DNA of 18,261 nt, from the NCBI GenBank assembly GCA_031409655.1, contig JANNXQ010000295.1:1-18261 (forward strand). The letters run 5' to 3'. This DNA comes from Chthoniobacteraceae bacterium (GTDB lineage Bacteria > Verrucomicrobiota > Verrucomicrobiia > Chthoniobacterales > Chthoniobacteraceae). A model generated the notes under the pieces. It was not told where the DNA came from. It did not search any database and saw nothing but the letters and a program-made list of their open reading frames with translations. This document shows, piece after piece, positions 1-6,645 of this stretch (position 1 is its first letter; each line of letters opens with the position of its first letter). A program made the translations under genes and the position numbers.

Positions 1-105
1 GGATGGCGCGCTCCGCCGCGCCATGCCCAACGCGCGCCGCAGGCCCATCTTCCCAGTATGGCGCTGCGCGCAGATGTTCTCATGGGGCGACGGAGCGCGC
101 CATCC
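1..105. repeat. REP/REPIN-like imperfect inverted repeat, left arm truncated by the window edge
   Basis: 1-25 GGATGGCGCGCTCCGCCGCGCCATG versus the reverse complement of 81-105, GGATGGCGCGCTCCGTCGCCCCATG (23/25 match). Lies just downstream of the kinase stop. Confidence 0.75.
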
Positions 106-120
106 ACCGAGCGCCGGGAG

Positions 121-140
121 GTTTTTCAACAGTCTGCTAG
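121..140. mobile_element. Possible terminal inverted repeat of an IS5/IS1182-type element or derived MITE, followed by CTAG
   Basis: GTTTTTCAACAGTCTG-CTAG resembles the TTTTTCAACAGnCTG ends of such elements (it reads FFNSLL). CTAG overlaps the kinase stop codon. The other end is not in the window. Confidence 0.35.
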
Positions 141-1150
141 CCGCGAACCCCGTAGCGCTCGCCGAGCGCGAGGCATTGCGTGAGCGAGCGCAAGCCGCCG
201 GTGCAGGTCTCGTCGCTCAGATTTGCGGCGGCGGCGCAGACTCCGGAGCGCAGGGCTTCGTCGATGGGACAGGCTTCGTGCCAGCCGAGGAGGACGCCGG
301 CGGTGAAGGCGTCGCCGGCTCCGGCGGCGCCTTTGATGTAGTCGGCGGGGAGCTGCACGCTGCCGTGTTCGTGCCACTGGCCGTCGGTGCCGAGGGCGCA
401 GCCGCCTTCAGGGAAGTGGACGAAGACGCGTTCGCGGATGCCGGCGGCGAGCATTTGCTGCATGGCGGTGCGCAGGGCGGCGCGGTCGAGGTGCTCGCCG
501 TCGCGGATTTTCAGGCCGGTGACGCGCCCGGCTTCGAATTCATTCATGATGCAGACATCGACGAACTTCAGCGCGGGCAGGACGATCCGGGCGAAGCGCT
601 CGCTGTCTTCGCTGACGACGTCGATGGAGGTCTTGAGGCCGGCGGCTTGCGCGCGGGCGAGCACTTCGGCGGCGACGGTGCCGTGGGTCGCGCTCGGGCT
701 ATCGAGGCGATCGAGCAGGAGCAGGTAGCCGAGATGAAAGAGGCGGGCGTCGGTGGCGGTAAAATCGAAGTGCGGGGAGTCGAGCAGCGCATTGGCGCCG
801 CGGGCGTGGAAAAAGGTGCGGCGGCCGGTGCTCTGCACGGTCATCACGTCGGTGTAGCTGGTCGGCGCGGAGTCGGTGTATTTCAGCGCGGCGGTGCCGA
901 TGTTCAGCCTGGCGCAGCGTTCGACGATCCAGCGTCCATTTTCATCCGCACCCACCAGCCCGGCGGCATCGAGCGGAAAGTCCGCGCCCAGGAGCGCGAG
1001 ATCAGCGAGCACATTGAAAGGGGAGCCACCGGTGCCTTTGGCCTCGGAGAGGATATTGGCGAGGGCGTCCTGCTGCGGCCAAGTGTCGATGATCTTGACG
1101 GCATCGACGATCCAGTTGCCGCCAGCGAGAATTCCTTTGCGTGTGCTCAT
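137..1150 (-). CDS. PfkB/ribokinase-family carbohydrate kinase
   Basis: GTGGSPFN, GLVGADENG, MNEFEA and C-terminal GAAGAGDAFTAG signature. ATG at 1150 (MSTRKGILAGGNW) preferred over the 1192 ORF start. Confidence 0.93.
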   Translation of the reverse strand: MSTRKGILAGGNWIVDAVKIIDTWPQQDALANILSEAKGTGGSPFNVLADLALLGADFPLDAAGLVGADENGRWIVERCARLNIGTAALKYTDSAPTSYTDVMTVQSTGRRTFFHARGANALLDSPHFDFTATDARLFHLGYLLLLDRLDSPSATHGTVAAEVLARAQAAGLKTSIDVVSEDSERFARIVLPALKFVDVCIMNEFEAGRVTGLKIRDGEHLDRAALRTAMQQMLAAGIRERVFVHFPEGGCALGTDGQWHEHGSVQLPADYIKGAAGAGDAFTAGVLLGWHEACPIDEALRSGVCAAAANLSDETCTGGLRSLTQCLALGERYGVRG

Positions 1151-1208
1151 AGTGTGGGAAGGGGCGGAAGGAGAGCCAGAAGCCGTGGGCAAGTGAAGGG
1201 GAAAAGTG

Positions 1209-1352
1209 CCGGGAGCGCCGCCTGGGAGCGTCGCCGTCTCGTGCGGCAGTCGTGATCCTTCGCGCGGAGCGCCATACTACATAGATGTGGCGCTGCGCGC
1301 GCTGGGGAGGATTGCCGCCCGGGACGGCGGCGCTCCCGGACGGCGCTCCCGG
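1209..1352. repeat. ~144-nt imperfect hairpin (REPIN/MITE-like or structured RNA) between divergent genes
   Basis: 1209-1251 matches the reverse complement of 1310-1352 at 37/43. Inner stem 1261-1276 pairs with 1286-1301. Confidence 0.85.
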
Positions 1353-1400
1353 GAATAATCCGCATTCGCTGCCGTCTCTCTCCCGTGCGAAAGAACGCCG

Positions 1401-2192
1401 ATGACTGACCCTGAACCAAACCGCCGCTATGCCGTGATCCTCCCGGCGTGCAATGAGGAGCCGTGCATCGGGCAAGTGCTTGCGGAATTACGCGCGGTGC
1501 TGCCGGCGGCGCAGTTTGCGATCGCGGTGGGGGTGAATGGCTCGACGGATCGCACGGCGGAGATGGCGCGCGAATCCGGTGCGGTGGTCGCGGAGACGGC
1601 GGCGCGCGGGTATGGCCATGGGTGCCAGGCGGCCATTGATCTTCTCGAGCACGAGTTTCCGCCTTTCGATGGCTACATCTTTGTCGCCGCCGACGGCGCG
1701 AATGATCCGCGCGACATCCCTCGTCTCGTGGCCGAGCACCGGCGCGGGGCGGCATTAGTCCTCGGGTGCCGCACGCGGACGCCGGGAAATTGGTTGCCGA
1801 CGCAGTTTCACTACGTCGTCGCGAATCGCTTTTTCGGCGCGCTCTGCGGCCTGCTCACGGGCCGTCCGTTTGCCGATCTCGGCCCCTTGCGGCTCATCGA
1901 CCGCGAACTTTTCCGCGCGCTGGCGCTGCGCGAATGGACCTACGGCTGGACGATCGAGGCGCAGATCCGCGCGGTGCGACTCGGCGCGCGGATCGTCGAG
2001 ATCCCGGTGCGCGAGCGGGGCCGGATCGCGGGTGAGCAGAAGGTCTCGCACGTCTCGTGGCGACACACCCTCGCCGTCGCGGCGAAGATCGTGGCGGCGG
2101 GTTTCCGCGCGCGCTTGGTGAGCTATCCGGCTCGGGCGAAAACCCTGCCAGAGGCCGCGGAGATTCCGACCCGCGCCCGCGCCGCGCTCTGA
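1401..2192 (+). CDS. Glycosyltransferase family 2 (DPM-synthase-like)
   Basis: ILPACNEE, NGSTDRT, GYGHGC, ADLGPLRLI, YGWTIEAQ and EIPVRERGRIAGEQKVS motifs typical of DPM1-like GT2 enzymes. Confidence 0.9.
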   Translation: MTDPEPNRRYAVILPACNEEPCIGQVLAELRAVLPAAQFAIAVGVNGSTDRTAEMARESGAVVAETAARGYGHGCQAAIDLLEHEFPPFDGYIFVAADGANDPRDIPRLVAEHRRGAALVLGCRTRTPGNWLPTQFHYVVANRFFGALCGLLTGRPFADLGPLRLIDRELFRALALREWTYGWTIEAQIRAVRLGARIVEIPVRERGRIAGEQKVSHVSWRHTLAVAAKIVAAGFRARLVSYPARAKTLPEAAEIPTRARAAL

Positions 2193-2271
2193 GCCTATTC
2201 AGAGTTCGCGGAACCTCGGCGCGCCGAGAAATCCGTGGCGCTTGAAATCATCGTGTGTTATCGCCGCGTGC

Positions 2272-3024
2272 ATGCGTTTCTCCTTGCTCTTCGCTCTCCT
2301 TTCGCTGGTTTCGACGTCTGGAATTTTCGCCGCGGAGGAGCCGGTGGTGCCGGAAGTGGATGGCATCATGCTGCCGCGCCATCGGGCCAATCTGAGCGTC
2401 GCCATCGAGGCGCGGGTGCGGGAAGTATGGGCCGAAGAAGGGCAGACGGTGCGCAAGGGCGATGTGCTCGCGGTGCTCTACACGGAGGCCGAGGAGCTGG
2501 AGTGCAATCGCGCCGAGGCGCAGATCAAAAAGGCTGACTTCAACTATCAATCAAAGCTGCGCCTGAAGAAGCATGACGGCATCGCGGAACTCGAAGTCGT
2601 CGGTGCCGAAGCGGATCTCGAGATGGCGCGGATCGAACTCGCCCGCGCGCAGGCAAATCTTCGCGACAAGACGCTCACCGCGCCGTGGGATGGTCGCATC
2701 CTGCGCGTCGGGAAAAGCACCGGCGAGACGGTGAATCGCGCGGAGAAAGTGATCGAGCTCATCGACTACTCGACGATCTACGTGGACGTGTATCTCGATG
2801 CGAAATTTCTCCGCGGCGTGAAGCCCGGACAGAAAGCAGAGGTGAGCGGCGAAGCGATCGGGGCGGTGCCGAAGCTGGCGCACGTCTTCATCGTCGATCC
2901 GGTGATCGAGCCGGGCAGCGGGCTCAGTCGCGTGCGCCTGCAGATGGACAATGCCGACCTGCGCATCCCGACGGGATTGCCGGTGCGGGTGAAATTTGAA
3001 CCCGTGGGTCTGGCGTTTCGGTGA
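2272..3024 (+). CDS. Efflux RND/HlyD-type periplasmic adaptor (membrane fusion protein) with signal peptide
   Basis: Signal peptide MRFSLLFALLSLVSTSGIFAA; lipoyl-like halves VREVWAEEGQTVRKGDVLAVL and LTAPWDGRIL flanking a helical hairpin; beta-barrel end IVDPVIEPGSG...IPTGLPVRV. Confidence 0.9.
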   Translation: MRFSLLFALLSLVSTSGIFAAEEPVVPEVDGIMLPRHRANLSVAIEARVREVWAEEGQTVRKGDVLAVLYTEAEELECNRAEAQIKKADFNYQSKLRLKKHDGIAELEVVGAEADLEMARIELARAQANLRDKTLTAPWDGRILRVGKSTGETVNRAEKVIELIDYSTIYVDVYLDAKFLRGVKPGQKAEVSGEAIGAVPKLAHVFIVDPVIEPGSGLSRVRLQMDNADLRIPTGLPVRVKFEPVGLAFR

Positions 3025-3072
3025 TCGCGAATTGGGAGACAAAAGCGCACCGCTCATCCGTGCTCGCACTGA

Positions 3073-4746
3073 ATGAACATCGAAAAGCTCCGCCAGATCT
3101 GGGACGACCACGCGCGGGCCGTCTATGCCTTCCTCCTGAAGCTGACGCGCAGCGAGCCGGATGCCCGCGACTTTCTCCAGGACATCTTCCACCGACTGGC
3201 GAAACAGCCTGACCTGATCGCGAATCTGAACGGTGCGGCGCGGCCCTATCTACTGCGTTTTGCGCGCAATGTAGTCGTGGATCAGGCCCGGCGGAATCAA
3301 GTGCGGGACCGCATCCTCGGTTCCATCGAGGCCCAGCGCCGCCACGAATATGCACCCGCCGAAGATCCCGATGCCGCGCTGCTCCGCGGGTCACTGGCGC
3401 GGGGTCTGGCGCAGCTCCCCGAAGGCCAGCGCGAGGTCGTGCATGCACGGTTGTGGCAAGGGCACACCTTCGACGAAATCGCGCGGGAATCCGGCCTCAG
3501 CATCAACACCGTCGCGAGCCGCTATCGCTACGGCGTAGACAAAATGCGCGAGCAACTTCGTGAACTTTACGAAGACCTCACACCGCAGGCTTCGCCACAA
3601 ACCAAATTCAAGATGAAAGACAATACTGACCGACCGCTGCGAAATCTGAACTCCGAGGAACCCCTCATTCAGCCGCTGGAACAGCGCCGCGTGCCCTCCG
3701 CCACCGGCGCGGCCTTTGCGCTGCCCATTCTTCCGCTCGCCGATGATCACGACGCGCAGCACGACGTCCGGCCGGCCGCGGAGGACGGCGCGATCGACAA
3801 TGCCGAATTCGGCGACGAACTGATCCTCATCGACGACGAAGATCTGGCCTTCATCAATCTGCCGATGAACTTCGACGAAATGGCCGAGGGCATTGAGTGG
3901 GGAACAGGTGAAGATGGTGTCCCGTTTGATCCTCGGGTGCTCTGGCAGTCGGTGGCTCCGGGTGCTGAAAATCCAGCGGCGGGCGGCGCTGGCGTGGTGA
4001 CATTAAATACCCTCGGGAATAGTAGCGGCGTTTTGAGCGGCAATAGCGTTGAGCTGGATGCCGGAAGTCCGATCTTCGATAACGAGATCGAGGTGCTGGA
4101 TGAAAACGATCCGCGTATCTTCGAGTCCGCGGCAGGTGGAGATACCGGAGATCACACCGGCAATCCGGATCATGAAGGGCCAGCGAAGTACGCGGCCGAC
4201 GGGCCAGCGACTCCCGCGACTCCAGTCTCCGCGGAGACTTCCGCACCCGAGATTTCGGGCAGCGCTCCTGAAGTCAGCAGCGCCAGGACAAGCGCACCGG
4301 AGATCGTGCATCTGGACCACCTCGAATTGCATGTTGCAGGCTCGACCTCGGCGGTTTTCTCGGCGGCTCAAGATTCGACCAATGACGGATCTCGATCCGC
4401 CGAACTTCAGCATGGCGCGGACGAGAGTGCATCCGCGGATCAGGACCTTCAGTTCGCCAGTGCTCCGACACCCACCGGCGCTGCTGCTGGGACGGTCGAT
4501 CAATGGGTGCCAGTGGAGGATCAGGCGGACGACGCCGTCACGGATCTCATCACTGAGCCGCTCCTCGGACAGGTCGAAACCGGCAACGCCCCGGACACCG
4601 ATCACGCGGAAGTCACCGCCGATGCCGGCGCGCTGAGCGCGGGCTCTTCGACCAATCTGCGCCACGGCCTGATGGCCGCAGCGCTCGCTGGAACCGTCGC
4701 CATGAACCGCGACCCAAAATCCCGTCGGGAGAAGGAAGGGAACTAA
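3073..4746 (+). CDS. ECF sigma-70 factor (aa ~1-169) fused in frame to an LExR-motif leader and a long acidic low-complexity tail
   Basis: Region 2: DARDFLQDIF...YLLRFARNVVVDQARR. Region 4: LAQLPEGQREVVHARLWQGHTFDEIARESGLSINTVASRYRYGVDKMR. No stop before the ~390-aa extension, which contains IQPLEQRRVPSA and is D/E/A/S/T/G-rich. Confidence 0.88.
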   Translation: MNIEKLRQIWDDHARAVYAFLLKLTRSEPDARDFLQDIFHRLAKQPDLIANLNGAARPYLLRFARNVVVDQARRNQVRDRILGSIEAQRRHEYAPAEDPDAALLRGSLARGLAQLPEGQREVVHARLWQGHTFDEIARESGLSINTVASRYRYGVDKMREQLRELYEDLTPQASPQTKFKMKDNTDRPLRNLNSEEPLIQPLEQRRVPSATGAAFALPILPLADDHDAQHDVRPAAEDGAIDNAEFGDELILIDDEDLAFINLPMNFDEMAEGIEWGTGEDGVPFDPRVLWQSVAPGAENPAAGGAGVVTLNTLGNSSGVLSGNSVELDAGSPIFDNEIEVLDENDPRIFESAAGGDTGDHTGNPDHEGPAKYAADGPATPATPVSAETSAPEISGSAPEVSSARTSAPEIVHLDHLELHVAGSTSAVFSAAQDSTNDGSRSAELQHGADESASADQDLQFASAPTPTGAAAGTVDQWVPVEDQADDAVTDLITEPLLGQVETGNAPDTDHAEVTADAGALSAGSSTNLRHGLMAAALAGTVAMNRDPKSRREKEGN

Positions 4747-4836
4747 GCGCCTTCCCCCGACACCGACAGGGAGCGGGAGTTGTCCAGAAAATGGGCGACT
4801 CCCGTTTCCGCGTTTCATCCGCCAGTTTATTCACCC

Positions 4837-6645
4837 ATGTCCACCCTCCCCAGTTCTGCCGCTGCTCGATTGAGTAAAGGTGAGATCTCGCCTGGCTTCG
4901 ACGTGCCGGCGGAATGGCTGCGGCTCGCGCTGCACGCGGGTGAACCGGAGTTCTTTCCGCGTCTCCTCGACTTGCTCCGCGCCCAGAGCGGCGCGGCCAG
5001 CGGTGGCTTGTGGCTGCTGGCGCGGACGGCGCGTGGCCACGGGCTCTCCGAAAAGGCATCGAGCGGTCTGCCGGCGCGCAATGCCGAGTGGAATCAATGG
5101 TTGCGGGAGCGGATGCAGGAGTTGATCGCCGAGCGGCAGCCAAAGATGGTCCCCGCCGGGCCGGGCACCGGAGCCGCCCTCGGGATGCTGCTGCCGCTGG
5201 TCTGGGATGGGGCGGGCCTCGGCGTCGCCTGGCTCGGGGATGCTGCGCTGGTGCCCGCGGCGGGCCGGCGTCTCGCGATGCTCGCGGGTTGGGCCACGCG
5301 GCTGCATCTGCAGCGACCGGCAGGTGCCGCTGCCACTTTGGATCACGCCTGCTCCGAGGCGCTGCTGGCCAACGCGCATTCCGCGGATTGGCCGACCATC
5401 CTCACTGCGCATCTGCGGCGGCAGAGTGGGGCGCGATCCGCCGCGCTCTTCCGCGAAGAGAGCGGTGGCTGGCGACTCGTGGCGGATTCCAATGCCGGCG
5501 AAATCCAACGGCGCAGCGCCGGTTCCCGCGCGCTGGAGCAGAAGATGGCGCGCCTCCTCGCCGCGCCCGATTTTCTCGCCGCGAAGACGAGCACGGACAA
5601 GGCGCTCGCCTTCCGCGTGGACAAGGCGGACGACTGGGGGCTGCTCCTCGATTTTGAGGGAGGGCACGCGGCGAATGAAGCGCAGGTCCGCAAAGGTCTT
5701 GCCGGCGTGCTTCAGATCGCCGCGCGCGTGCTGCCGCAGTTCGGCGCCACGGGCTGGCGCGTTTCGGTCGCGCGCAGTTTGCTCCGGCGTTCGCGTCTCG
5801 TCTCACCGCGCGGCAGTCGCTGGGTGCTCGCCACGATCGCCGTCCTCGCCGTCGGCGCGATGTTCATCCCAGTCACCGAGACCTTCGACGGCGATTGCGA
5901 ATTGCAACCCATGCAGCGTTTCACCGTGGCGGCGGAAGTGGAAGGCCGCATCCGCAGCGTGCCCGTGGCGGAAGGGGCGGTGGTCAAGGCCGGGCAGGCG
6001 ATCGTCGAACTCGACGCGACCACTTTGCAGACGCGCCTGGAAGTGGCCCGCGAGCAGCGTCAGGAACAGGAGGCGCAGGCGCGACGTTTCCAGGGCCAGC
6101 AGGACATGACGGGCTACCGCCTCGCGCGGATCAAGGCCGAGCAAGCCGGGCAGGAAGAGGCGGCGCTGCTCGAAGATATCCGCCACTGCACCATCGTCGC
6201 GCCGATCGATGGACGAGTGCTCACCAAGGATCTCCCGCAGAAGCTCGGGACGGTGCTGCATCCCGGCGACACGGTCTGCGAGATCGGCGGGCTCGATGGC
6301 TGGAACGTGCAGATCGCCCTGCCGGAGGAAGATCTCGAATCCTTCCTCGGCGCACTCGCGCGGCGCAGCCAACTGCCCGTCGCCTATCGGCTGAAAGCCG
6401 GCTCCACCTTTGCGCTCGCCGCCGCCGTCGAGGCGCCGCGCCAGGTGAGCGAGATGGCGTATCCAGTAGCCGGGCGGAATGTGGTCTTCATCACAGTGCC
6501 TGCCGTCGGGTTGCCCCCGGAGTTGTCGCGTGATCTGCGGCCCGGCTTTTCCGGGCGCGCAAAAATCGACGGCGAGACGCAGCCTTGGGGCCGCACGCTT
6601 TCGCGGCGTTTTGTGCAATACCTCCGGCTCCACTGGTGGCTATGA
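4837..6645 (+). CDS. HlyD-family membrane fusion protein with a long N-terminal cytoplasmic, GAF-like region
   Basis: Single TM WVLATIAVLAVGAMFIPV, then VAAEVEGRIRSVPVAEGAVVKAGQAIVELD, coiled coil, IVAPIDGRVL, LRPGFSGRAKI and terminal YLRLHWWL. The GAF-like call is by eye only. ATG 4837 preferred over 4780. Confidence 0.85.
   Translation: MSTLPSSAAARLSKGEISPGFDVPAEWLRLALHAGEPEFFPRLLDLLRAQSGAASGGLWLLARTARGHGLSEKASSGLPARNAEWNQWLRERMQELIAERQPKMVPAGPGTGAALGMLLPLVWDGAGLGVAWLGDAALVPAAGRRLAMLAGWATRLHLQRPAGAAATLDHACSEALLANAHSADWPTILTAHLRRQSGARSAALFREESGGWRLVADSNAGEIQRRSAGSRALEQKMARLLAAPDFLAAKTSTDKALAFRVDKADDWGLLLDFEGGHAANEAQVRKGLAGVLQIAARVLPQFGATGWRVSVARSLLRRSRLVSPRGSRWVLATIAVLAVGAMFIPVTETFDGDCELQPMQRFTVAAEVEGRIRSVPVAEGAVVKAGQAIVELDATTLQTRLEVAREQRQEQEAQARRFQGQQDMTGYRLARIKAEQAGQEEAALLEDIRHCTIVAPIDGRVLTKDLPQKLGTVLHPGDTVCEIGGLDGWNVQIALPEEDLESFLGALARRSQLPVAYRLKAGSTFALAAAVEAPRQVSEMAYPVAGRNVVFITVPAVGLPPELSRDLRPGFSGRAKIDGETQPWGRTLSRRFVQYLRLHWWL

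Noticed and set aside
23..1255. 410-aa + strand ORF
   Set aside because: Antisense shadow of the PfkB kinase; no family motifs, and its ends run through repeats.
2210..3062. Candidate ECF promoters: GGAACC...ATCCGTG (2210-2237) and GAGAC...ATCCGTG (3036-3062)
   Set aside because: The shared heptamer is suggestive, but the -35 parts disagree and spacing exceeds the typical AAC-N16/17-CGT. Needs transcription-start data.
4747..4836. Terminator between the sigma fusion and the second adaptor gene
   Set aside because: Only a weak, interrupted stem without an adjacent U-tract.
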